A DNA stretch of 64,000 bases, from the NCBI GenBank assembly GCA_013388635.1, contig JACAEX010000020.1, forward strand, positions 5,826 to 69,825, read 5' to 3'. This document shows positions 30,507 through 40,068 of the stretch, piece by piece. A program made the translations under genes and the position numbers. The DNA is from Syntrophaceae bacterium. Its GTDB lineage: Bacteria > Desulfobacterota > BSN033 > UBA1163. The notes below the pieces were generated by a model. It saw nothing but the letters and a program-made list of their open reading frames with translations. It had not been told where the DNA came from and made no database searches. Positions within the stretch are counted from its first letter, which is position 1. Every line of letters begins with the position of its first letter.

Positions 30507-30712
30507 GTCATGGTTACGAGACCCGTTTCATAACTTCTGATGTGGAGCATCGGAGATGAGGTGATGAGGAGAGGAATCTATTTCTCCCTATCCCCTCACC
30601 CCCTTATCTCCTTATTGATTATTGATTTTTTGCCGATACGGGCATCGTTACCCTGACCGGACGACGAGACCCTTATTTTCTGAGCAATTGAAAGATGGCA
30701 GGTTTCTGTTAT

Positions 30713-31159
30713 ATGGAAAGAAATATTTTAAAGAACAGAAAGGGGGTAGCGTTGATCATTGCCCTTCTGTTGCTACTTGCCCTGACGTTGATCGGAATCA
30801 GCTCGATCAATACGACGACGATTGAAACGGGTATCTCTGGAAACGATCGGGAGAAGGTCGATGCCTTTTATACGGCTGAGGCCGGGGTCCAGGTGGGAAT
30901 TCATCAAATTCCGGTTACATCCCCGATCCCAACGACCAAACTGAAGGAAAATTCCTACTATTGGAGCGGAACGGCAGATGACAGAGAAAACCCCAAGGCC
31001 TTTAAGTCCTTCGGAATTCACCAGATGCCCGGATTTGATTCCTCGTGGGCGTTTCGACGATATCAGATTAATGTGACAGGAGAATCCTTTAGATCGACAA
31101 GAGAGATAGAGGTTCAGGTGAGTTACGGCCCCTTTCGGGCGGATACGGATTACAACTGA
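30713..31159 (+). CDS. pilX: PilX-like minor pilin (cassette 2)
   Basis: MERNILKNRKGVALIIALLLLLALTLIGISSINTT PilX_N pattern; ATG 30713. Confidence 0.6.
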   Translation: MERNILKNRKGVALIIALLLLLALTLIGISSINTTTIETGISGNDREKVDAFYTAEAGVQVGIHQIPVTSPIPTTKLKENSYYWSGTADDRENPKAFKSFGIHQMPGFDSSWAFRRYQINVTGESFRSTREIEVQVSYGPFRADTDYN

Positions 31160-31190
31160 TTGGGCTTCTGGGTTTTAGAGGGAAGGGGAG

Positions 31191-31508
31191 ATGAGATATA
31201 GAGGAGGTTTATACATTGTTGTCTTTGCCATAGCTTTTCTTTTTCAAAACCAAACTTTTTCCCAGGTGAAGGTCGGGGAGACGGTTTCATTTACTGGGAT
31301 GATCGAGAGGGTCCAGGACGATCTCAAATTCATCGTCATCCATGAGATGAGGATTTTTATCACTACGGATACAAGGATAGTAGATGAGAACGGAGAGATG
31401 TTGAAGGTAGATGATCTGAGGCCGAAACTGAAAGTAGCCATTGAAGGGATTCGGAATCCAAATGGCTTCCTCGCAAAGAGGATTCTTCTTAAAAGCCCGA
31501 AGAAGTAA
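31191..31508 (+). CDS. Small secreted protein, paralog of 27405-27773; immediately upstream of pilY1 paralog 2
   Basis: Signal peptide; shared architecture (G.I.E.D.K.I.V.E...F......LAKKI.LL). Confidence 0.45.
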   Translation: MRYRGGLYIVVFAIAFLFQNQTFSQVKVGETVSFTGMIERVQDDLKFIVIHEMRIFITTDTRIVDENGEMLKVDDLRPKLKVAIEGIRNPNGFLAKRILLKSPKK

Positions 31509-34298
31509 GTGAAGATCAAGAAGCTTAACCCGGCGATACTCCTTATTTTTTTTCTCTCGATACCCCTCCATCATCTTCAGGCCGATGATACCGATCTCTT
31601 TATGACCAATGTGGAACCGGATGCGCTGATCCTTCTGGACAAATCCGGAAGCATGAATTTAGGCCCTGCAGGCTATCCTGTCAGTGACCCTAACAGAAAG
31701 ATCGATATTGCAAGAAAAGTCATTTTTGATCTTCTCGATCATAACGGGGATGGTCGGATCGACAATGCGGATGAAAAGAGTTTAAACGTGCGTCTGGGAT
31801 ATATGAGGTTCTGGAACTCAAACAGTAACGATGATGGTGAACCAAAAACAGGGGAGATCCAGATCTTATCAGCTTTGGGAAACTCGTACAGCAATATCTG
31901 GTCCAGCGTAAACCAGGAGCAGGAGCGTGATGGTCTGGGTGGTACGCCTTTAGCTGCCTCTCTATCAGAGGCCAGAACATACTTTACGCGGGACGTCAAT
32001 CCTTCGGATCCGGCCATCGATTGCAGGCAGAAGTTTCTGATCCTGATTACGGATGGGGAAGACACCTATGCCTGTGGCGGTGATGGGTCAGAGGGACAAG
32101 CGGATATGTTCAAAAGAAGAATCTTGACCATCCAAAGGGCCAAGGAGCTTTATGAGGCCGGAATCAAAGTCTTCGTTGTGGGATTGGGCCAAACCCTGTC
32201 AGAGCCTCTGAAAAGGACTTTAAACTGGACTGCAAGGTATGGAGGGACAGATAACCCTCTGGAGATGAACTCGGGAGACCCAGGTGCCTATGATGTGGCA
32301 AGATACAGCCCTGCCTGTTCAACCACGGATGCGAGTTCAGATCCAGCCAATTATCCCCTTTCTGGGTACGCCTTCTTAGCGTCGGATGCTTCCTATCTGA
32401 AAAAAGCAATAGAGGCTATTGCGAAGGAGGTTCGAGAAGGATCTTATTCTTTCACCGCTCCTTCGAGACCTACCGCTCAAATAGCTGACAGGGATGTCCT
32501 CTACCTCTCTTCCTTTACCCCCAACCGCACCCCCTTCTGGAAGGGAAATATCCGGGCATATCGCCTGGATGAAGATGGATTGTTTCCTGTGGATAAGGAT
32601 GGAAATCCTCTCAGATCGAGCCTGATCTGGGATGCATCTGAGAACCTCAAAGCGCTCTCGCCCGGTTCTCGAAAAATTTATACATATGTGAGTGGAAACC
32701 AGATACCTTTTGATTATGGACATTTAACCAATACCGATCTCGGTGTTTTCACAAATTGGGAAAGGCAAAGGCTGATTGACCATATCCGGGGCATCGATGC
32801 CTACGATGTGGACGGTGATGGGGATAGAAATGAAGCGAGAGAGTGGAGTCTCGGCGATATCTTTCATTCAAACCCCGTGATTGTGGGTGAACCCTCTCCC
32901 TTTTTTGAGGATCAGGGTTTTAGCGGGAAAGGGGGTTTTTATCAGTTGAGAAAGGATCGGACCAAGGTGGTCATTGCCGGCGCTAACGATGGGATGCTCC
33001 ATGCATTTGATGCAGCCACAGGAGATGAACAATGGGCTTTTATTCCAACCAGTCTGTTGAAGAATTTGAAACTGATGGCGTCTTCCCATACCTATTATGT
33101 CGATTCGACACCCAAAGTAGCTGATGTCTGGTTCTATAGCAGTCCTACAGATATGACGAAGAGTCCAGATGAATGGAGAACGGTTCTGATCTCAGGCCTG
33201 AGGAAGGGGGGAAAGGCCTACTTCGCTCTGGATATCACAGACACCTTAGACCCTAAGTATCTCTGGGAATTTCCGGCACCTTCGGACACAACGACTCTCG
33301 CAAAGGTCGGCCAGAGCTGGTCCGAGCCTGCCATCGGAAGGGTAAAGGTCGAGGTGGGAGACGGACTTTATGAGAGATGGGCAGCCTTCATCGGCGGAGG
33401 GTTTGACTACACGAACAGTACAGGAAGAGCTTTCTTTGTGATCGATATCAAATCGGGTGAGACTATTAAGGAGTTCTCTGGGCTGGAAGGCATGAATTAC
33501 GCATTTGCAGCTCCTCCAAAAGCGGTTGATACCAATTCGGACGGATATGTAGACAGGGTCTACGTGGGCGATCTGGGTGGCCAGATGTGGGTGTTCGATC
33601 TCTCATTTGATGAGGCGAAAAGAGAGAGCAACAGTCAGTGGACAGGAAAGAGACTTTTCGTAGCCCCGATTTCAGAGACTGAGGTCCATCGGATCTACTG
33701 TGAGCCTGCTGTTGCATTTGATCGATCTGGAACTCCCTGGGTCTATTTCGGGACTGGGGATAGAGAACGGCCCAACGATCTCTCAAATCCTAACGAGAGG
33801 TTCTATGCGGTGAAAGACAGTGGCATAGGAAGCTACCCGCGAAAGGAGACCGATCTCTCAGAGGTTACGTCTTCAAATACCTTCAAACCGGCGTCGAAAG
33901 AGGGCTGGTATCTCCGCTTGGAGCGATCAGCTCAAAATTCAGAGAAGGTGCTAACAAAACCGGTCGTCTTCAATAAACTTCTCTACTTTACTACGTATTT
34001 ATATACTGCAACCGAAAATCCCTGCCTTTTTTTAGGGGAGGGAAAACTCTACGTGCTTGAATCCCTCTCTGGAGGGGGAGCCCTAAGCTTTGATGATGCG
34101 ACTGTCTTAGAAGACACTCCATCCGAGCGGTCAAAAAAGATCGGCAGGGGAATCCCTTCTGCCCCTGCGGTCAGAGTGGATTTAAAAGGTAAGGCATGGG
34201 TGACCGTCGGAACGACCGAGGGTCAGGTTTTCTCAACCCCAATATTCTCTCCAGCCAGATCGAAGCAGATCCTTTATTGGCGAGAAGTCATTCCGTAA
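31509..34298 (+). CDS. pilY1: PilY1-like tip adhesin (paralog 2, 929 aa): signal peptide, vWA, PilY1 propeller
   Basis: GTG start; MIDAS ILLDKSGSMN; DTNSDGYVDRVYVGDLGGQMWVFDL Ca-loop. Confidence 0.8.
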   Translation: MKIKKLNPAILLIFFLSIPLHHLQADDTDLFMTNVEPDALILLDKSGSMNLGPAGYPVSDPNRKIDIARKVIFDLLDHNGDGRIDNADEKSLNVRLGYMRFWNSNSNDDGEPKTGEIQILSALGNSYSNIWSSVNQEQERDGLGGTPLAASLSEARTYFTRDVNPSDPAIDCRQKFLILITDGEDTYACGGDGSEGQADMFKRRILTIQRAKELYEAGIKVFVVGLGQTLSEPLKRTLNWTARYGGTDNPLEMNSGDPGAYDVARYSPACSTTDASSDPANYPLSGYAFLASDASYLKKAIEAIAKEVREGSYSFTAPSRPTAQIADRDVLYLSSFTPNRTPFWKGNIRAYRLDEDGLFPVDKDGNPLRSSLIWDASENLKALSPGSRKIYTYVSGNQIPFDYGHLTNTDLGVFTNWERQRLIDHIRGIDAYDVDGDGDRNEAREWSLGDIFHSNPVIVGEPSPFFEDQGFSGKGGFYQLRKDRTKVVIAGANDGMLHAFDAATGDEQWAFIPTSLLKNLKLMASSHTYYVDSTPKVADVWFYSSPTDMTKSPDEWRTVLISGLRKGGKAYFALDITDTLDPKYLWEFPAPSDTTTLAKVGQSWSEPAIGRVKVEVGDGLYERWAAFIGGGFDYTNSTGRAFFVIDIKSGETIKEFSGLEGMNYAFAAPPKAVDTNSDGYVDRVYVGDLGGQMWVFDLSFDEAKRESNSQWTGKRLFVAPISETEVHRIYCEPAVAFDRSGTPWVYFGTGDRERPNDLSNPNERFYAVKDSGIGSYPRKETDLSEVTSSNTFKPASKEGWYLRLERSAQNSEKVLTKPVVFNKLLYFTTYLYTATENPCLFLGEGKLYVLESLSGGGALSFDDATVLEDTPSERSKKIGRGIPSAPAVRVDLKGKAWVTVGTTEGQVFSTPIFSPARSKQILYWREVIP

Positions 34299-34397
34299 CG
34301 AACCATCCATTCTTTTTGTTCATCGTCCATTGTCTATGGTGCGGAGCAGGCCTCGTAACCGAAAAACTATTTTCTTCCTTCCGGGATGGCCAATCAA

Positions 34398-35369
34398 TTA
34401 GGAGTGATCTGTCTTCGTCTGGAGTCTCTTAATCCTCTCCTGGGCCTTGGAGAAAGAATGATCTAACTTCAAGACGGTGGTAAAGGTGCTCAAGGCCTCG
34501 GAGACCATTCCCTTGGCTTCATAAGCTAACCCTAAAGAGAAGTGGACGCGGGCCAATTTCTGATTTGACAATCCTGGCACCTTGGAGGCCAGCGTGTAGT
34601 ATTTGATCGATTGATCGTAATCGCCCTTCTCCATGAAGCAGTTCCCGAGCATGATATAGCAATCAAACCTTATCGGGCCACATGAAGCGGCCTGTTCAAA
34701 CTCAGAGATGGCATAATCGTAGAGCTCCATCTCTTTGTAGGCAATCCCCAAATGGTAATGCATTTGAGAATCCTTATCGGCATCTGCTGCAGACGACTCG
34801 CTCTCATAGGTCACCTCGCGTGGGATCTGTGGGGCAGGGGGAGGAGTGGGTTTCTGCTGGACCACCTTCTTTTCTAACGGAGGGAGGGATTCAGGGACAC
34901 GGGGCTGTGGTGGTGGAACAACCACCTTAGGAGGTTCTTTTGTTTCCTTCTGGCGGGCCTCGATATCCTCGAGTGCATGTCGGGCTTCCGTGTCGCCAGG
35001 TTTAATCTCCAGAACATTCTGATAATAGCTCTTTGCGCTTCCGATAAGCCCTTCTTTTAAATATAGTTTTGCTATCTTGTGAAAGGCTTCGACAAATTTT
35101 GGGTCGATCGAAAGGACTCTCTTATAGACAGAGATCGCCCGGAAATTCAAATCCTCTTCGGCATAGAGCTCGGCAAGCTTCAGATATTCTCCGATCGCCT
35201 TCTCCTTTTCTCCTTCTTTCAGGTAGAGATCCCCTAACTTCAGGTATAATCGCTTATCCTTAGGGGTAACCTCAATGAGTTTAAGGTACTCCTGGATTGC
35301 CTTCTTGGGCTGACCTTTGAGGACATACTTTTGGGCGAGGTCCAGTATCTTTTCTTTGTCGATAGCCAA
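34398..35369 (-). CDS. TPR-repeat protein with central Pro-rich linker (divergent from MglA operon)
   Basis: Multiple TPR-like helices (AIQEYLKLIEVTPKDKRLYLKLGDLYLKEG...), PPPQPRVPESLPPLEKK linker. Confidence 0.65.
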   Translation of the reverse strand: MAIDKEKILDLAQKYVLKGQPKKAIQEYLKLIEVTPKDKRLYLKLGDLYLKEGEKEKAIGEYLKLAELYAEEDLNFRAISVYKRVLSIDPKFVEAFHKIAKLYLKEGLIGSAKSYYQNVLEIKPGDTEARHALEDIEARQKETKEPPKVVVPPPQPRVPESLPPLEKKVVQQKPTPPPAPQIPREVTYESESSAADADKDSQMHYHLGIAYKEMELYDYAISEFEQAASCGPIRFDCYIMLGNCFMEKGDYDQSIKYYTLASKVPGLSNQKLARVHFSLGLAYEAKGMVSEALSTFTTVLKLDHSFSKAQERIKRLQTKTDHS

Positions 35370-35846
35370 AAGATTACCCTCAGAAAGGGAAATCTTAATC
35401 CGATCTGAGCGATTCCGTATCCTCGGAGGGGAAATCGCTCAGTTCAAGCTTAAAGAAACCCTAAATTGAAAAGAAGGAGAAAGAGAAGCCATCCAAAAAG
35501 ATGTTTTCGTTCACGTATGAACATTGGCCAGAAAGAGGAATAGGGTGAATAGCAACCCGGTTCTTGACCGGAAGATCTCTCAGCTTATTACAATTTACCC
35601 AATGGTCAAGAAAAAGTCAAGATTGACATTCTGCGCAAAGCAGGGCGGATCAAAAGAAGCCAGATCTAACCCTTTTTCTCGGGCAAATCGTTTTCATCTC
35701 TTAGGTTCAAAATGACGGAAATTTTTTGCCAATGGTCAAATATTGGCCGCCACCACCATGTCTCTCAGGATTCTTAAAGATTGGCCTTGGAACAGAACTA
35801 TGCGAACCTCTTGATGAAAATGGTGAGAGGAATTTTTTGCAAAAAT

Positions 35847-35861
35847 TGGCACTTATTTTGC
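35847..35861 (+). promoter_or_regulatory. Sigma-54 promoter TGGCAC-N5-TTGC upstream of REC-DUF4388/mglB/mglA operon
   Basis: Perfect consensus TGGCACttattTTGCt, 62 nt upstream of ATG 35924. Confidence 0.65.
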
Positions 35862-35923
35862 TTTTCCTTAGAGAAATCAAGTAGTAACAGGCAATCACAA
35901 CCCGACATCCTCGAGATCTCCCT

Positions 35924-36613
35924 ATGCCGAAGAATTTAAAGAAGGTTCTGATAGTTGACGATGAAGAGACCTTGACATGGAGCATGGCCAAAAGCCTCTC
36001 AAAAGATAAAGATAAATATGAGGTGATCATTGCCAACAATGGCCAAGAGGCCTTGACTCTCTTGGAACAGAACAGGGTTGATTTAGTGATCACTGACATA
36101 CGGATGCCAGACATTAATGGTCTGGATCTGCTTGTTAGAATAAGGAAGGAATACCCCCAAACCAAGGTCATCATCATGACGGCTTACGGCTCTTCCGACA
36201 TCCAGAAAGAGGCTACCCAGAGGGGATCTCTCTACTACGTGGAAAAGCCCTTTGAGATTTCAGACATAAGGAAGATCATCATCGATCTCATCGGACATAA
36301 AAAGGGATTCCGTGGAAAGGTATTTGGCCTCCAGCTGACCGATGTGATTCAGATGAACTGTCTGGGCAGACTCACCACAGCACTCATCATCACGCGGGAC
36401 GGCGAGAAGGGGATCATCTATTTGAACGAAGGGGAGATCGTCCATGCGGAATGCGGAGAACAGAAGGGAGCAGAGGCCTTCTATAACATCCTGAGCTGGC
36501 AGGAAGGGGAGTTCGTCTCAAATATTGGCTTCGCCGCCCCTGTGCAAACAATCTACCAGAGCTGGGAACATCTCCTGATCGAAGCGATGCGGAGGAATGA
36601 CGAAAAGGCATGA
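35924..36613 (+). CDS. Response regulator: REC domain plus C-terminal DUF4388 (PATAN-type) domain
   Basis: REC (VLIVDDEE...DLVITDIRMPDINGLDL...KVIIMTAYG); C-terminal KVFGLQLTDVIQMNCLGRLTTALIITRDGEKGIIYLNEGEIV. Confidence 0.7.
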   Translation: MPKNLKKVLIVDDEETLTWSMAKSLSKDKDKYEVIIANNGQEALTLLEQNRVDLVITDIRMPDINGLDLLVRIRKEYPQTKVIIMTAYGSSDIQKEATQRGSLYYVEKPFEISDIRKIIIDLIGHKKGFRGKVFGLQLTDVIQMNCLGRLTTALIITRDGEKGIIYLNEGEIVHAECGEQKGAEAFYNILSWQEGEFVSNIGFAAPVQTIYQSWEHLLIEAMRRNDEKA

Positions 36614-36654
36614 GCGGTTTGCATCTCGGCTCTGCGGTCAGGAAATCATAGAAG

Positions 36655-37074
36655 ATGGATATCATCATTACCAGAAAGGATCTCGAAAAGATAAACCTCT
36701 GCCTGGATAAGGTGGTCTCCTCCTCGCATGCGCACTCCGTGTTGCTCATCGACCGGTCGGGACAACTCATTGCGCACCATGGAAACACACCGGGGATCGA
36801 TATCCTATCCCTTTCTGCCCTGACCGCCGCCAATTTCGGAGCAACGGCAGAGATCGCCAGGATCCTGGGTGAGGAAGAGTTTACGCTCTTATTTCATAAG
36901 GGGAAGAACGAGAACGTCTATTTTTCAGCAATCGGAGAGCACGTTATCTTGGTGACCCTATTTGATGACAATACCTCATTAGGGTTGATCCGGCTGCAGA
37001 TCAATAAGATCATTGATGAGCTCTCGAGCATCCTCTCATCCATCTTTGAAGAGAAAGCGGTTCCGGCGAATTGA
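36655..37074 (+). CDS. mglB: MglB (Roadblock/LC7 GTPase-activating protein for MglA)
   Basis: Strong resemblance to recalled M. xanthus MglB incl. LFDDNTSLGLIRLQINKIIDEL. Confidence 0.8.
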   Translation: MDIIITRKDLEKINLCLDKVVSSSHAHSVLLIDRSGQLIAHHGNTPGIDILSLSALTAANFGATAEIARILGEEEFTLLFHKGKNENVYFSAIGEHVILVTLFDDNTSLGLIRLQINKIIDELSSILSSIFEEKAVPAN

Positions 37075-37104
37075 TCGACTTCGATTTCCTGGCGTGGAAA
37101 GTGT

Positions 37105-37731
37105 ATGCCTTTTATAAACTTCAGCAAAGACGAGATTCAATGCAAGATCGTCTACTATGGACCAGGATTTTGCGGAAAGACCACGAATCTTCAGTATATT
37201 TTTAGTCAGACGAGCGAAGAGATCAAAGGAAAGATGGTCTCCATCGATACAAAGGGGGATCGGACACTCTTTTTTGACTTTCTCTCCCTTAGCCTCGGAA
37301 AGATCCGGGGGTTCGATATCCGAGTTCAGCTCTACACCGTTCCAGGACAGGTCCACTATGATGCTACCAGAAAGCTGGTATTGAAGGGCGTCGATGGGGT
37401 TGTTTTCGTGGGAGATTCGTTGAAGGTTCAAAGGAAGAAGAATATTGAAAGTCTGATCAATCTGGCAAAGAATCTTGCCGAGAAGGGAATTAGCATCCGA
37501 TCCATTCCCCTTGTGATCCAATACAACAAACGCGATTTGGACGGGACCGATTCGGAGATCCTCCCTATTGAGGTGATGGAGAAGGATCTCAATTCGATGC
37601 TCAAAGTCCCCTCTTTTTCTGCCAGCGCCCTCAAGGGGGATGGCGTTTTCGAGACCCTCCGGGAGATCAGCAAGTTAGTGGTCAAAGATGTGAGCCGAAA
37701 GATCATGGTTCTCGACAAGCAGGTCCGGTGA
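37105..37731 (+). CDS. mglA: MglA (Ras-like polarity GTPase)
   Basis: MPFINFSKDEIQCKIVYYGPGFCGKTTNLQYIF ... LYTVPGQVHYDATRKL ... IQYNKRDL, near-collinear with recalled M. xanthus MglA. Confidence 0.85.
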   Translation: MPFINFSKDEIQCKIVYYGPGFCGKTTNLQYIFSQTSEEIKGKMVSIDTKGDRTLFFDFLSLSLGKIRGFDIRVQLYTVPGQVHYDATRKLVLKGVDGVVFVGDSLKVQRKKNIESLINLAKNLAEKGISIRSIPLVIQYNKRDLDGTDSEILPIEVMEKDLNSMLKVPSFSASALKGDGVFETLREISKLVVKDVSRKIMVLDKQVR

Positions 37732-37749
37732 TGACCAAGGACATCGAGC

Positions 37750-38892
37750 ATGGAAAAGATAATCGGCGAGGATGAGATCAGGGGACTCGAAGAAGAGATC
37801 GACTCTGCTGTGGAACGGCTTTTCGTCGATAGAAAGGCTGACCGAACCGAGAGCCCATCGGTGAAGCCTCACCCCGCTCCTCCTCCGCAAAGGGCGAAGA
37901 AGGCCGATAGTGAGATCCCTGTGCATCCCCCGTCAGGACCCGCTTCGCCCTTGCAATCTTTTGACAAGATGGAGACGAGACTTCTTTCATTGGAGTGGGA
38001 GATAACAGGAGAGGACCTCGAAAAAACAAAAGAGGAAATCCAGGGCTTGCGAGAGGCCTTTAGAGAGAGACCGGATATCATCTCAGTTCTAAATTTGATG
38101 GCGAAGGTCATCATTCATATGACGCAAAATGAAGAAGGAATTCAACCTTCCCAGATCAAATTCCTGATGGATTCAAAAGAGACGATAAAGCTGCTGATGA
38201 AGGAAGACGCAGGGGCTGAATTCTCCGTTTACAAGCAGCTGGCCCTCAGCGGAATTGAGGCCAGGTATTTAGCTCTCGAAGGGATCAAACAGGCCCAAAC
38301 CAAACCACCGGCCTCAGGTCCAGGTGAGTTGACTCAGAGAGAAGCCTCGAAACCCCGGGACAAACAGTTTGAGCGGATGTTTAATAAAATGGATCTCCTT
38401 TTTGAGAAGATGTCAGATCTCCTGAAGAGATTTGAAGGCCATCTATCCACGTCTGAGGAGAAGAGCAGAGCACTGTCCAAACCCGAGGTTCGAAGGGGCC
38501 CTGTGCCAGTGGACATCACGCTCTTCAAAGCAGGAGAGAGACTGTTTGGAATTGAGAGCCAAAAGGTCTTCAAATTATTCAAGGTCCCGGATAGTTTTGA
38601 CGAGAGATATTCGGGTCAGCATAAGATACGGATGAAGGACTTTGAGATCAGGATGGTTGATTTGAAAGGCATCCTGTCGATCCAGAGCCGAGGTCGAAAA
38701 GGGGAGAGGCAATTGCTCACTGTAAAAGAAGACGGTGAGTACAAAGGACTGGTCGTCGATCAGATGGTGAAGAGGCTGACAACCGAAGTCGATACCGAAG
38801 GGGATTACGGTGAATATTTCTCAGGGGTGGTCCATTGGACCTACCAGGAAGTACCGCTGGAAATTCCTGTCTTAAATTTAAAAAGGATATAA
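37750..38892 (+). CDS. Pro-rich/coiled-coil protein with C-terminal CheW-like domain
   Basis: C-terminal about 130 aa (DITLFKAGERLFGIESQKVFKLFKVP...GLVVDQMVKRLTTEVDTEGDYGEYFSGV...VLNLKRI) matches CheW-fold pattern. Confidence 0.55.
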   Translation: MEKIIGEDEIRGLEEEIDSAVERLFVDRKADRTESPSVKPHPAPPPQRAKKADSEIPVHPPSGPASPLQSFDKMETRLLSLEWEITGEDLEKTKEEIQGLREAFRERPDIISVLNLMAKVIIHMTQNEEGIQPSQIKFLMDSKETIKLLMKEDAGAEFSVYKQLALSGIEARYLALEGIKQAQTKPPASGPGELTQREASKPRDKQFERMFNKMDLLFEKMSDLLKRFEGHLSTSEEKSRALSKPEVRRGPVPVDITLFKAGERLFGIESQKVFKLFKVPDSFDERYSGQHKIRMKDFEIRMVDLKGILSIQSRGRKGERQLLTVKEDGEYKGLVVDQMVKRLTTEVDTEGDYGEYFSGVVHWTYQEVPLEIPVLNLKRI

Positions 38893-38907
38893 GGACCGGA
38901 TCAGGCC

Positions 38908-40068
38908 ATGGAGCAGGGAATTTCAATTCGAGCCATCGGTGGCGGTAGGGTAAAAAAAGAGGAGACGATCCAGGCGCTGGCTCAGGAGTTAGAGGATGTC
39001 AAAAATTTCATGGATAGCGTCATCCAGAGCATCGGAAGCGGAATCATCATCACAGGGATGAACGATACCATTACCTACATCAACCGGGCAGGGGAGAGGC
39101 TTTCAGGGTATTCAAGGGAGGACGTGATCAACAAACCCTTCAGCATCTTTGCCCTGAGGGAAAAGCAGAGCGATATCCACGCCTTCTTCGATAATCCTGA
39201 TGATCATACGACGAGAAGGGAAGGGTGGATGAGGAGGAAGGACCATACCGAATTTCCCGTCGGATTTAGCATGAACGATCATGTCAATGTCAAGGGAGAG
39301 AGGATAGGCAAGATCGTGATCTTCCGCGATCTGACCAATGTGTATAAAATCCAGGAGGAAATATTGAGGATGGACCGCCTGGTGTCTCTGGGAAAACTGG
39401 CTTCGGGCATTGCGCATGAGCTTCGAAATCCCCTTGCCGGGATTAAGACGACCGCTCAGGCGCTTAGCGAGGAGATGCCGAAGGACGATCCCAAAAGAGA
39501 ATATCTAAATCGAATTACCAGGGAGATCGACCGGTTAAACGATCTCTTGAAGACCTTCTTCTCCTTTGCCAAGCCACAGGAATTGAATCTGGTTTACTGC
39601 CACATCCGAGAGGTGATCAATGAGATCATCCCATTTCTTTTCAAGGAGATTGCTGATCAGGGGATCCGGTTTAATGAAAGCTATGACCCAGAGCTCCCTA
39701 AGATCAAAGTTGATAAGGCCCAGATGCACCAGGCCTTTCTAAATCTCTTTTTGAATGCCATCCAGGCGATGCCCCGCGGAGGGGAGCTCAAGATTGAGGT
39801 GACGCCAACCACTCTGCAATCCTCTGATGGACTCAAACAGAACTTCGTTAAGATCATCATCTCCGATACAGGAAAAGGTATTCCTCCACATATCATTCAG
39901 AAAATTTTCGATCCGTTTTTTACAACGAAACCGAAAGGGATTGGGCTGGGCCTTTCGATCACCTATCAGATCATTAAGAAACACGGGGGGACGATTAAGG
40001 TCGAAAGTGAATGGGGCAAGGGAACTTCCTTCATCATCAATTTGCCGGAGGCGTTGGAGAACCCATGA
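38908..40068 (+). CDS. Cytoplasmic PAS-domain sensor histidine kinase
   Basis: PAS (ITGMNDTITYINRAGERLSGYSRED), H-box ASGIAHELRNPLAGI, G-boxes DTGKGI/GIGLGLS. Confidence 0.8.
   Translation: MEQGISIRAIGGGRVKKEETIQALAQELEDVKNFMDSVIQSIGSGIIITGMNDTITYINRAGERLSGYSREDVINKPFSIFALREKQSDIHAFFDNPDDHTTRREGWMRRKDHTEFPVGFSMNDHVNVKGERIGKIVIFRDLTNVYKIQEEILRMDRLVSLGKLASGIAHELRNPLAGIKTTAQALSEEMPKDDPKREYLNRITREIDRLNDLLKTFFSFAKPQELNLVYCHIREVINEIIPFLFKEIADQGIRFNESYDPELPKIKVDKAQMHQAFLNLFLNAIQAMPRGGELKIEVTPTTLQSSDGLKQNFVKIIISDTGKGIPPHIIQKIFDPFFTTKPKGIGLGLSITYQIIKKHGGTIKVESEWGKGTSFIINLPEALENP

Noticed and set aside
35707-36177. 156-aa minus-strand ORF overlapping the REC-DUF4388 gene and its sigma-54 promoter
   Set aside because: It overlaps a domain-supported plus-strand CDS and promoter, and its sequence is low-complexity.
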